Shown: positions 35,521 to 44,035, numbered from the stretch's first letter. The stretch is DNA of 64,000 nt from Paludibacteraceae bacterium (GCA_045132415.1 JBGUSG010000003.1:106004-170003); one strand, 5' to 3'. Numbers and translations: made by a program. The notes: a model not told the origin generated them from the sequence alone.

Positions 35521-36048
35521 ATGATCAAACATGACGGCATAATAATCGCATTGAATGAGGACGGCACCGCCCTCGTGCGCATCGTGCAGACAAGTGCATG
35601 TGCAGCATGCAAAGCCAAAGCCATGTGCGCCAGCGCAGAGAGCGCCGAGAAGGAGATGACGGTTGTTCTTCTGAACCAAGAACCAAGAACCAAGGAGAAA
35701 TCGTTCGAGCGCAAGCAAGATAAGAACCAAGACGCATCAGCAACGACAGATCAGACGAAGGTAACAAGTCTTGGCTCTTTGCTCCTGGCTCCAGAAGCCT
35801 ACAAAGTAGGCGATACTGTAGAAGTGATGGTGCAGCAGAAGATGGGATGGAAAGCCGTAGTACTCGCCTACTTGCTGCCATTCTTTGTGATGTTGGCAGT
35901 GATGTTCATAGGCAATGCAATCTGGGCAGTACGCGAGGAGATTCTCGGTACAGTAGCACTCTGCGCTATGGCACTCTACTACCTCATACTCGGCATGTTC
36001 AAAGACAAACTGCAAAAAGAGTTTAGCTTTACCGCTCGCAAGAAGTGA
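35521..36048 (+). CDS. rseC: RseC/SoxR-reducing-system family protein carrying a ~40-aa internal insertion
   Basis: N-terminus IVQTSACAACKAKAMCASAESAEKEMTVV and C-terminus AYKVGDTVEVMV + 2 TM helices are RseC-like and sit in the usual position before rnfB. Residues ~LLNQEPRTKEKSFERKQDKNQDASATTDQTKVTSLGSLLLAP are encoded by repeat B1. Confidence 0.75.
   Translation: MIKHDGIIIALNEDGTALVRIVQTSACAACKAKAMCASAESAEKEMTVVLLNQEPRTKEKSFERKQDKNQDASATTDQTKVTSLGSLLLAPEAYKVGDTVEVMVQQKMGWKAVVLAYLLPFFVMLAVMFIGNAIWAVREEILGTVALCAMALYYLILGMFKDKLQKEFSFTARKK
35672..35792 (+). repeat. repeat B1 (GAACCAAG-word element) inside the rseC reading frame
   Basis: GAACCAA x3 - GAGAAATCGTTCGAGCGCAAGCAAGATAA - GAACCAAGAC - core GCATCAGCAACGACAGATCAGACGAAGGTAACAA - GTCTTGGCTCT TTGCTCC TGGCTCC. 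The core is homologous to B2 (38532..38627). Confidence 0.75.
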
Positions 36049-36051
36049 CAA

Positions 36052-36216
36052 GACCGCCCTGCGGGCTGTTAGAAGTTAGATCGCCACATGGTGGCTGTTA
36101 GACTCCAGAAATCTAACAGTAAGCAAAGCGGAAAAATCGTTCGAGCGAATGCGAGATAAGAACGATCTAACAATGAAATGGTCTAACAATGACAGTGGTC
36201 TAACAGCGAAGCGGTC
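36052..36216. repeat. palindromic element A1 (GTTAGA/TCTAAC family), rseC|rnfB junction
   Basis: The left arm has CTGTTAGA-type words, each followed by a small GC hairpin (GCCC-TGC-GGGC, GCCAC-ATG-GTGGC). The right arm has 4 x (G)TCTAACA words. The termini GACCGC...GCGGTC are complementary. Confidence 0.85.
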
Positions 36217-36255
36217 AATTTGGAGAGTAACGAACAAATTAAAAATAATAACACA

Positions 36256-37197
36256 ATGAATTTAATTCTGATTTCTTTAGCCGTTTTGGGCGTAACGGGA
36301 TTGGTGGCAGCGGTGCTGCTCTATCTAGTTGCCCAAAAATTCAAGGTAGAAGAAGATCCACGCATCGATGAGGTGCAAGAGGCATTGCCTGGTGCTAACT
36401 GCGGTGGCTGCGGTTTCGCTGGTTGTCGTGCCTTTGCCGAAGGCTGCGTGAAAGCCGAGACACTCGATGGACTTCTCTGCCCTGTAGGCGGCGCACCTAC
36501 GATGAAGACAGTAGGTGAGATCCTAGGAATGGCGGTCGGAAACATCGACCCCAAAGTAGCAGTAGTTCGCTGCAACGGTACGTGCGAAGCACGACCAAAA
36601 ACGAGCATCTACGACGGTGCTAAGAGTTGCCAAATCCTGCATAACTGCTATGTGGGTGAGTCGGCTTGTCCGTTCGGTTGCTTGGGCTGTGGCGACTGTG
36701 TAGCAGCCTGCGAGTTCGACGCTATCCACATGAACCCTGAGACAGGTCTTCCAGAGGTGGATGACGAGAAGTGTACCAGCTGCGGCAAGTGCGTTAGCGC
36801 ATGTCCAAGAAACATCATCGAGCTGCGCAAGAAAGGTCCTAAGAGCCGTCGCATGGTAGTGATGTGCGTCAACAAAGACAAGGGCGCTGTAGCACGCAAG
36901 GCATGTACCAACGCTTGTATCGGTTGCAGCAAGTGCCAAAAAGTGTGCGAGTTTGATGCAATCGTCATCGAGAACAACTTGGCATACATCGACTACAACA
37001 AGTGCCGTCTGTGCCGTAAGTGCGAGGATGCGTGCCCAACAGGTGCCATCCATGCAGTGAACTTCCCACCACGCAAACCAAAAGCAGAAGCGCCAGCGGC
37101 TGCACCAGCAGCACCAAAGGCTGCGCCTGTGGCTGCTGAGGTTAAAGGTGAAGAGGTTAAAGGCGTAGAAACTAAACAAGAGGAGGCAAAGGCATGA
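36256..37197 (+). CDS. rnfB: Rnf electron-transport complex subunit B
   Basis: N-terminal TM helix, CGGCGFAGC cluster, several 4Fe-4S ferredoxin motifs (CxxCxxCxxxCP) and an Ala/Pro/Lys-rich tail. ATG 36256 is preferred over the listed TTG 36220. Confidence 0.9.
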   Translation: MNLILISLAVLGVTGLVAAVLLYLVAQKFKVEEDPRIDEVQEALPGANCGGCGFAGCRAFAEGCVKAETLDGLLCPVGGAPTMKTVGEILGMAVGNIDPKVAVVRCNGTCEARPKTSIYDGAKSCQILHNCYVGESACPFGCLGCGDCVAACEFDAIHMNPETGLPEVDDEKCTSCGKCVSACPRNIIELRKKGPKSRRMVVMCVNKDKGAVARKACTNACIGCSKCQKVCEFDAIVIENNLAYIDYNKCRLCRKCEDACPTGAIHAVNFPPRKPKAEAPAAAPAAPKAAPVAAEVKGEEVKGVETKQEEAKA

Positions 37198-38531
37198 AAT
37201 CGACATTCCGTATAGGTGGAGTACATCCACATGATAATAAGCAATACTCTGTTCATCAACCCATCACCGAGTGTGCTTTGCCAGCGAAGGCAATCATTCC
37301 TTTGGTGCAACACATCGGTGCGCCTGCACAGGCAGTCGTAGAGAAAGGACAGAAAGTGAAAGTAGGTGAGTTGATCGCCAAGGCAGGTGGCTTCGTTAGC
37401 GCGAATATCCACGCTCCTTTTAGCGGCACTATCACCAAGATTGACACGACCATCGATGCATGGGGCATGAAAATGCCAGCCATCTTCATGGATGTGGAGG
37501 GCGACGAGTGGCTCGAGACTATCGACCGCAGCAAGGACATCGTTCGCAAATTAGACTACGAACCAAAAGCCATCATTGACAAGGTGCAAGAGGCAGGTAT
37601 CGTAGGTTTGGGTGGCGCATGTTTCCCAACCCATGTAAAACTGATGCCTCCTCCAGGCAAGACCGCTGAGGTGCTCATCGTGAATGGTGTGGAATGCGAG
37701 CCATATCTCACTTGCGACCACCAATTGATGCTCGAGCATGGCGAGGAGATCATCATCGGTATTCAACTCCTCATGCGTGCGCTCAATATCCAAAAGGCCA
37801 TTATCGGTATTGAGGCTAACAAACCAGATGCCATCCAACACATGACGGCACTTGCTAGCAAAGTGCTCGGTATTGAGGTGAAGGCATTGAAACTGAAGTA
37901 CCCACAAGGTGGTGAGAAACAGCTCATCGACGCATGTATCCGTCGCCAAGTGCCAAGCGGTGCACTGCCAATCGAGGTAGGCGCTGTAGTGGATAACGTG
38001 GCAACTATTTATGCTGTATATGAGGCGGTACAAAAGAATAAACCATTGATCTCTCGCGTGATGACCGTGACGGGTAAGAGTCTTGCTAAGCCAGGCAACT
38101 ATGATGTGCGTTTCGGTACACCATTGACCGAGGTGGTAGCATTAGCAGGCGGTGTGCCTGAGGATACCGGTAAAGTCATCGGCGGTGGTCCTATGATGGG
38201 TCGTGCGATGAGCAATATCGATATGCCAAGCAACAAACGCGTGAGTGGTCTGCTCTTCTTGCCAGAGGCAGAGAGTATGCGTGAGGAGATCACCAACTGC
38301 GTTCGCTGCGGTAAGTGCGTAGGCGCTTGTCCAATGGGTCTCGAACCATGGCTCCTCAGTAAACAAGCATGGCACAGCATGTGGGACGAGATGGAGGATC
38401 ACAACATCATGGACTGCATCGAGTGCGGTTGCTGCCAATTCACCTGCCCAAGTCACTTGCCATTGCTCGACTATGTACGCATGGGTAAAGCGAAAGTAGG
38501 AGGAATTATCCGCAGCAGAGCTGCTAAATAG
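37194..38531 (+). CDS. rnfC: Rnf complex subunit C
   Basis: 445 aa. Contains GGACFPTHVK, the SLBB/NADH-binding region and 2 x CxxCxxCxxxCP. Its start overlaps the rnfB stop. Confidence 0.9.
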   Translation: MKSTFRIGGVHPHDNKQYSVHQPITECALPAKAIIPLVQHIGAPAQAVVEKGQKVKVGELIAKAGGFVSANIHAPFSGTITKIDTTIDAWGMKMPAIFMDVEGDEWLETIDRSKDIVRKLDYEPKAIIDKVQEAGIVGLGGACFPTHVKLMPPPGKTAEVLIVNGVECEPYLTCDHQLMLEHGEEIIIGIQLLMRALNIQKAIIGIEANKPDAIQHMTALASKVLGIEVKALKLKYPQGGEKQLIDACIRRQVPSGALPIEVGAVVDNVATIYAVYEAVQKNKPLISRVMTVTGKSLAKPGNYDVRFGTPLTEVVALAGGVPEDTGKVIGGGPMMGRAMSNIDMPSNKRVSGLLFLPEAESMREEITNCVRCGKCVGACPMGLEPWLLSKQAWHSMWDEMEDHNIMDCIECGCCQFTCPSHLPLLDYVRMGKAKVGGIIRSRAAK

Positions 38532-38627
38532 AATAAAGAACAAGGAACCAAGAGCCAAGACAAATCAGCAATGACTGATCAGACGAAAGTAATAAGTCTT
38601 TATTCCTGACTCCTGATTCCTGACTCA
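38532..38627 (+). repeat. repeat B2, rnfC|rnfD junction
   Basis: GAACAAG GAACCAAG AGCCAAGAC - AAATCAGCAATGACTGATCAGACGAAAGTAATAA - GTCTT TATTCC TGACTCC TGATTCC TGACTC. Confidence 0.75.
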
Positions 38628-38641
38628 AAAACAAAACGATT

Positions 38642-39637
38642 ATGAAACAATTTATAGTATCTCCCGCACCACACTTCCATAGCGGTGATAGCGTGCGGAA
38701 AAATATGCTGTTGGTGATTATCGCCCTGTTGCCAGCTTACGCAGTCAGCGTATGGCAATTTGGCTGGGGTGCATTGATCACCACCGCCATCAGCGTGGCA
38801 GCATGCGTGCTGTTTGAGTGGCTGATTGCGAAATATCTATTGAAACAAAAATCTACTATCGGCGACCTCTCTGCTGTATTGACTGGTCTGCTGTTGGCAT
38901 TCAACTTGCCAAGCAACTTACCTTGGTGGATTGTTATCATCGGTGCCTTGGTGGCTATCGGCGTAGCGAAAATGAGCTTCGGTGGCTTGGGACAAAACAT
39001 CTTCAACCCTGCTCTTGTGGGTCGTGTGTTCCTGCTCATCTCTTTCCCTGCTCAGATGACCACATGGCCAGTGCCACAAGGTTTTGCGACTTCTTATGTG
39101 GATGCTGCTACAGGTGCAACTCCTCTTGCAGCCATGAAAGTGGCTCTCACGGGCAGCGATAGCATGATGAGCGCTGTGCCAGAGATGTGGGATATCCTCA
39201 TCGGTAAGATGGGCGGTAGTCTTGGCGAGGTGAGCGCATTGCTCTTGCTCGCAGGCGGTATCTTCCTCATTGCTACCCGCGTGATTACATGGCATATCCC
39301 AGTAAGTATCATGGCTACTGTGGCATTGTTTGCTGCGGTGACTGGTTGGGCAGGTCTATTGCCAGAGAGCGTGGCTACAGGCGAGTATGTGATGCTCAGC
39401 CTCTGCACCGGTGGTATGATGCTGGGTGCATGGTTCATGGCTACTGACTACGTGACCTCACCTATGAGCAACTGCGGTAAACTGATCTTCGGTGTGGGTA
39501 TTGGTGTGATTGTGATGGTGATTCGTACTTGGGGTGCTTACCCAGAAGGTATGTCATTCGCTATCCTTATCATGAACGCCTGCGCACCATTGTTGAACCT
39601 CATTCGTCCAAAACGCTTTGGCGAGAAAAAGAAATAA
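38642..39637 (+). CDS. rnfD: Rnf complex subunit D
   Basis: 331 aa polytopic membrane protein with the SPAPH N-terminus and the NqrB/RnfD FMN-attachment region (SGATPL-like DAATGATPLA). Confidence 0.9.
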   Translation: MKQFIVSPAPHFHSGDSVRKNMLLVIIALLPAYAVSVWQFGWGALITTAISVAACVLFEWLIAKYLLKQKSTIGDLSAVLTGLLLAFNLPSNLPWWIVIIGALVAIGVAKMSFGGLGQNIFNPALVGRVFLLISFPAQMTTWPVPQGFATSYVDAATGATPLAAMKVALTGSDSMMSAVPEMWDILIGKMGGSLGEVSALLLLAGGIFLIATRVITWHIPVSIMATVALFAAVTGWAGLLPESVATGEYVMLSLCTGGMMLGAWFMATDYVTSPMSNCGKLIFGVGIGVIVMVIRTWGAYPEGMSFAILIMNACAPLLNLIRPKRFGEKKK

Positions 39638-39641
39638 AAAT

Positions 39642-39756
39642 GACCGCCCTGCGGGCTGTTAGAAGCTAGACCGGCTTCGCCTGTTAGACCTAAGAAATCT
39701 AACATCTAACAGCAAAGCGATCTAACAATGAAATGGTCTAACAACGCAGTGGTCTT
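39642..39756. repeat. palindromic element A2, rnfD|rnfG junction
   Basis: GACCGCCCTGCGGGCTGTTAGAAGCTAGACCGGCTTCGCCTGTTAGACC...TCTAACATCTAACAGCAAAGCGATCTAACAATGAAATGGTCTAACAACGCAGTGGTC. Confidence 0.85.
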
Positions 39757-39770
39757 AAAACAAAAGTATT

Positions 39771-40454
39771 ATGGCAAAATTACAAAGTTCATTTAAGAAT
39801 ATGTTGCTATCGCTGACGCTTATCGCGTTGGTGGCTGCGGCTGCTTTGGCTGGCGTATATATGCTGACCAAAGACCCTATCGCTGCGGCAATGACTGAGA
39901 AGCAACAAAGCGCTATCATGCAAGTGCTCCCAGAGGTAGAAGGCGATATCCGTATTGCTGAAGCGGAAGAGAGCAATGGTGTGACCCTCTACAAAGCATA
40001 TGTAGGCGAAGAGTGGATCGGTACTGCCGTAGAGGCAACTACCGAGGGTAACCAAAACATGCCATTCGGCGGCACTTTCCGCCTGATGGTTGGTTTCAAC
40101 AATGTAGGCGATGTAGTTCGCTATGTGGTATTGGAGCAAGCCGAGACCCCAGGTCTGGGTGCGCTGATGAGCACATGGTTCTGCAACCCTGACAAACCAA
40201 AATCCAACATCCTTGGTAAGAACCCTGCAACTACCAATTTCAGCGTAAGCAAAGACGGTGGCGATGTGGATGCTATCACCGCATCAACCATCACCTCGCG
40301 CGCGTTCCTTGAAGTAGTGGTTAAGGCATACAACGGTATTGCGGCGGGGTCCCCGACGAACCACGTGGGTTCGTGGGGTGCTGAGCAGCCTATGCCAATC
40401 GAGGCAACGAGCGGTGCAACACAATTAACAACAGAGGAAGGAGGCCAACAATGA
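39771..40454 (+). CDS. rnfG: Rnf complex subunit G (FMN-binding)
   Basis: 227 aa. N-terminal TM helix, FMN-binding domain with AITASTITSRA, and an unusual ~40-aa C-terminal tail containing a 12-bp-stem palindrome. Confidence 0.85.
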   Translation: MAKLQSSFKNMLLSLTLIALVAAAALAGVYMLTKDPIAAAMTEKQQSAIMQVLPEVEGDIRIAEAEESNGVTLYKAYVGEEWIGTAVEATTEGNQNMPFGGTFRLMVGFNNVGDVVRYVVLEQAETPGLGALMSTWFCNPDKPKSNILGKNPATTNFSVSKDGGDVDAITASTITSRAFLEVVVKAYNGIAAGSPTNHVGSWGAEQPMPIEATSGATQLTTEEGGQQ

Positions 40455-41041
40455 AAAATAAAGCATTAAACACCGTTCTTAACGGTATCTTGCGCGAGAA
40501 TCCAGTATTCGCTCTCGTGCTCGGTATGTGTCCTACCTTGGCGACTACCACTTCTGCTATCAATGGTATGTCCATGGGACTCGCTACTACCTTCGTGCTT
40601 ATCTGCTCGAATGTGGTGATTTCACTCTTGAAGAATTTGATTCCTGATAAAGTACGTATTCCTGCGTTTATCGTGGTGATTGCTACTTTCGTGACCATGG
40701 TACAACTCTTGATGCAAGCTTATCTGCCTGCCATTTATGAGGTGCTTGGTTTGTTTATCCCACTGATTGTGGTGAACTGTATCGTACTCGGTCGTGCCGA
40801 GGCTTTTGCTGCTAAGAACACCGTTGGCTTGTCTGCTTTGGACGGTCTGGGTATGGGTCTTGGTTTTACATTGGCATTGACTTTGATTGGTGCAGTGCGT
40901 GAGTTGTTAGGTACAGGTAGTTTGTTTGGCATGAACCTCTATAGCGAGACCTATGGTATGTTGATTTTCGTGCTCGCTCCTGGTGCGTTCATCGTATTGG
41001 GTTATTTGATGGCATTGGTACAAAAACTGCTTAAAAAATAA
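40451..41041 (+). CDS. rnfE: Rnf complex subunit E
   Basis: 196 aa. NPVFALVLGMCPTLA... typical RnfE/NqrD. Its start overlaps the rnfG stop. Confidence 0.9.
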   Translation: MKNKALNTVLNGILRENPVFALVLGMCPTLATTTSAINGMSMGLATTFVLICSNVVISLLKNLIPDKVRIPAFIVVIATFVTMVQLLMQAYLPAIYEVLGLFIPLIVVNCIVLGRAEAFAAKNTVGLSALDGLGMGLGFTLALTLIGAVRELLGTGSLFGMNLYSETYGMLIFVLAPGAFIVLGYLMALVQKLLKK

Positions 41042-41045
41042 AATA

Positions 41046-41190
41046 GACTGCCCTGCGGGCTGTTAGAAGTCAGACCGGCTTCGCCTGTTAGACCGCCGCG
41101 AGGCGGCTGTTAGACCAAGAAATCTAACATCTAACAGTGAGCAAAGCGAACGATCTAACAACGTAGTGGTCTAATAGTGAAACGATCTAA
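41046..41190. repeat. palindromic element A3, rnfE|rnfA junction
   Basis: GACTGCCCTGCGGGCTGTTAGAAGTCAGACCGGCTTCGCCTGTTAGACCGCCGCGAGGCGGCTGTTAGACC...TCTAACATCTAACAG...GATCTAACAACGTAGTGGTCTAATAGTGAAACGATCTAA. Confidence 0.85.
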
Positions 41191-41200
41191 ATAAAAGATT

Positions 41201-41794
41201 ATGGTATATTTTCTGATATTTATCTCTGCGATATTCGTGAATAATATCGTATTGAGCCAGTTCTTGGGTATCTGTCCATTCTTGGGCGTAAGTAAGAAAA
41301 TCAATACTGCGCTGGGTATGGGTGCTGCCGTGTTGTTTGTCATGACATTGGCAACATTGGTGACCTACCTTTTGCAACAACTCTTGAACGCATGGGGCTT
41401 GGGCTTCTTGCAAACCATCTTGTTTATCTTGGTGATTGCTGCCCTCGTGCAAATGATTGAGATTATCCTCAAGAAGATCTCTCCATCGTTGTACCAAGCA
41501 TTGGGTGTGTTCTTGCCATTGATCACTACAAACTGCTGTTTGTTGGGTGTAGCTATCATGGTAGCCAGCGGCACATATAAGTTGCCTATGGGCGCAGAGC
41601 CAGGCTTGTTGACAGGTATGTTGTTTGCTATCGCAACAGCTATTGGTTTTGCATTGGCATTGGTATTGTTCGCAGGTATGCGCGAGCAATTGGCATTGGC
41701 TAAAGTGCCTAAGGCACTACAAGGCACTCCTATCGCCCTCCTCACCGCCGGCCTCTTGGCTATGGCATTCATGGGCTTTAGCGGCGTAGTATAA
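41201..41794 (+). CDS. rnfA: Rnf complex subunit A
   Basis: 197 aa. NNIVLSQFLGICPFLGVS... typical RnfA/NqrE. Confidence 0.9.
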   Translation: MVYFLIFISAIFVNNIVLSQFLGICPFLGVSKKINTALGMGAAVLFVMTLATLVTYLLQQLLNAWGLGFLQTILFILVIAALVQMIEIILKKISPSLYQALGVFLPLITTNCCLLGVAIMVASGTYKLPMGAEPGLLTGMLFAIATAIGFALALVLFAGMREQLALAKVPKALQGTPIALLTAGLLAMAFMGFSGVV

Positions 41795-41815
41795 TCCTCT
41801 CCGCTTAACTAAATG

Positions 41816-41863
41816 AAAAATCGCACATTGCGTAGGTAAAACTTGCAAATGTGCGATTTTTTG
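41816..41863 (+). terminator. intrinsic terminator of the rnf operon
   Basis: AAAAATCGCACATT...AATGTGCGATTTTTT. Confidence 0.75.
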
Positions 41864-41956
41864 TATGTTTATGGCATAACCCAACGATATAAGAAAAGGG
41901 CTATGACAATTTCGTCATAGCCCTTTCTCGATTCTTGTAGTTTGTAAAGTAATGAA

Positions 41957-42295
41957 TTACTCTGCTACTTCCTCAGTCTCAAACTCAGGTACTGCTTGAG
42001 CAGCTTGCTCAGCTTCGTAAGCCTCTTGCACTTGCTCGGTGATAGCACTACCTTCTTCTGTAGTCGCATTTTGGCTCTTGTTGAAACCAACTGCGAGAAT
42101 GCTCAATGCGATGATGATAGCAGCTAAAGTCCAACTTGCTTTCTCCAAGAAGTCAGCAGTCTTAGGAGCACCCATCACTTGGTTTCCGCTAGAGAAACCA
42201 GCAGCCAAACCGCCGCCCTTGCTGTTTTGAACCAACACCAAAAGGGTGAGCAATACTGCTGCAATTACAATCAAAATAGTTAATAGTACGTACAT
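41957..42295 (-). CDS. secG: preprotein translocase subunit SecG
   Basis: 112 aa. Contains LLTLLVLVQNSKGGGLAAGF and a second TM helix. Terminator hairpin at 41893-41929. Confidence 0.85.
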   Translation of the reverse strand: MYVLLTILIVIAAVLLTLLVLVQNSKGGGLAAGFSSGNQVMGAPKTADFLEKASWTLAAIIIALSILAVGFNKSQNATTEEGSAITEQVQEAYEAEQAAQAVPEFETEEVAE

Positions 42296-42472
42296 AATTT
42301 ATTGTTTTAAAAGTTTTTAAAGGTTCTAAATATTTTAAGCGTTGTGCGCTTGTTCTCGAGTCGCAAAAACCCAATGAGCTTGCAAAGGTACAAAAATATT
42401 TACAATTTACAAAATTTACGATGTACAATTTGCATTTTTCGCATGAAAAGCATAAAAAATATACTAAAACTA

Positions 42473-43084
42473 CTACAACTGACCTGCTTCTACGAGGTTT
42501 ATCACCCGTTCTACGATTCTGTCTTTGTCCAAGGCATCGTATTCTTCTTTGAGGTCGTTCTTAAATAGTTTGGCGATGAACTGCCAGAAATTTGCGCTTG
42601 CTTTTCCGCGATAGTGCTTGATGATATCGTAGCTGGTTCGGTCGCTTTCTCGATCCATGAGTTTCATGAGCATTTGTCCTTGCGAGGCAGTCATCTTGCG
42701 GAAATGTTGTTCGTATTTCTTAAAGAGGTACTTCTCATGTTGTCGCCACCATTTTTTTCGCAGTTTTACATCAGGAATCTTGGCAAGCTGTTCGTCGGCA
42801 TACTCCATCTCTTTGGTTAGCAGCTTGGCAAAGGGTAGGGTTTTCTTAACATCGCGGACTGTTTTCCAGTAGAAACGTTCCTGTTGTTTGTTTTTGAATA
42901 CCATCTTTGGGTACACCCAAATCTCGTGCATATGTGCGAGGTAGAAGGTATCGTTGTTGCTCACTTGCAACTGTACCGAATCCACATAATCCATCTCATG
43001 TGACGGCATGACAAAGTCGGGCAGAACTTCTCCCCATGTGACTGTGGGCACCAACAGCATTATGAGTATCCAAACCTTTCGCAT
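42473..43084 (-). CDS. DUF4294-like secreted protein
   Basis: The start is moved from 43126 to ATG 43084 (MRKVWILIMLLVPTV signal peptide) because the -7 box TACCTTTG (43094-43101, minus) is inside the listed ORF. Lys/Glu-rich ~200-aa protein of the size and type annotated DUF4294 in Bacteroidales (assignment from memory). Confidence 0.55.
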   Translation of the reverse strand: MRKVWILIMLLVPTVTWGEVLPDFVMPSHEMDYVDSVQLQVSNNDTFYLAHMHEIWVYPKMVFKNKQQERFYWKTVRDVKKTLPFAKLLTKEMEYADEQLAKIPDVKLRKKWWRQHEKYLFKKYEQHFRKMTASQGQMLMKLMDRESDRTSYDIIKHYRGKASANFWQFIAKLFKNDLKEEYDALDKDRIVERVINLVEAGQL

Positions 43085-43140
43085 TTCTGCGCAAAGGTAG
43101 TATATTTTTCTGGAATATGCAACCATCTATGGCATTTTAT

Positions 43141-43169
43141 GCAAAAAAGCCACCCTACAGGATGGCTTT
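43141..43169 (-). terminator. intrinsic terminator after tRNA-Met
   Basis: Minus strand: AAAGCCATCCTGTAGGGTGGCTTTTTTGC. Confidence 0.75.
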
Positions 43170-43176
43170 CGTCTTG

Positions 43177-43248
<72 letters not shown>

Positions 43249-43274
43249 ATACATATCTCTTTCGAAATCGGGTG

Positions 43275-43282
43275 CAAAGGTA
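43275..43282 (-). promoter_or_regulatory. -7 box of the conserved tRNA promoter cassette (tRNA-Met)
   Basis: Minus strand AAAAAAAAGCAGTACCTTTGCACCCGATTTCGAAAGAG. Confidence 0.7.
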
Positions 43283-43382
43283 CTGCTTTTTTTTGGAATG
43301 ACCAAATATTTTCGTACTTTTTTTACTTTTTTAACTGAAAATAGCAGGTTTCCCCCTTGCAGAGAGCATACGGAAGTGTAGA

Positions 43383-43922
43383 TTATTCTACACCCGCAGC
43401 CACCTCGCGATAGGCATGCAGACTGAGATTGTCGCTAACTACTTTGAGCGAAGATAGATGTGTGAATCCCATGGCTGCAATATATGCCAGCTCCATATCG
43501 AAGACACAATCTTGGTAGTCGGATTGCAAGACAAAATCGGTGTTGCTATAGCAAACGGAGTGTAAGCAATCTTGTGGCTTTCGCAAATAGTTATCGGCGA
43601 TAGGTGACAGGTGCAACTCGGGCTCGGGGTATGTGACACAAGGGTGATTCAAACGCACCTCTGTAACGCTCACGATTGAACCAATGGCATAATTCGCGCT
43701 GCCAGCATAGCCGATATTGATAATTTGGGCATCGCGAGGCAATTCGCGCAAGGTATGTAATACATTGATTGCTCCAACGCCTGTGACGATGATGTCCCAT
43801 ACGGTGCCGTCGGTCATATGCCATTGACCATCAAGCATTTCTCCTTGTAGGTGCTGTGCGATGAGTTTTTGTTCGCCAATAAAATCACCAGCTTCTGCGA
43901 TAACGATAAAATGATTGTTCAT
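43383..43922 (-). CDS. nucleoside phosphorylase-I family protein (MTA/SAH nucleosidase-like)
   Basis: 179 aa. IIVTGVGAINV, IGYAGSA and DMELAYIA resemble MtnN/PNP_UDP_1 motifs. Substrate unknown. Confidence 0.55.
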   Translation of the reverse strand: MNNHFIVIAEAGDFIGEQKLIAQHLQGEMLDGQWHMTDGTVWDIIVTGVGAINVLHTLRELPRDAQIINIGYAGSANYAIGSIVSVTEVRLNHPCVTYPEPELHLSPIADNYLRKPQDCLHSVCYSNTDFVLQSDYQDCVFDMELAYIAAMGFTHLSSLKVVSDNLSLHAYREVAAGVE

Positions 43923-44035
43923 GTTGTTGAAAATGTTTTGGGCTGCAAAGGTACGAAAAAATTTGCATATTTGCGAAAAATGTAGTAACTTTGCAGCGAA
44001 AAATCTTATTTATCATCCAAAATTCATTTTGTCCC

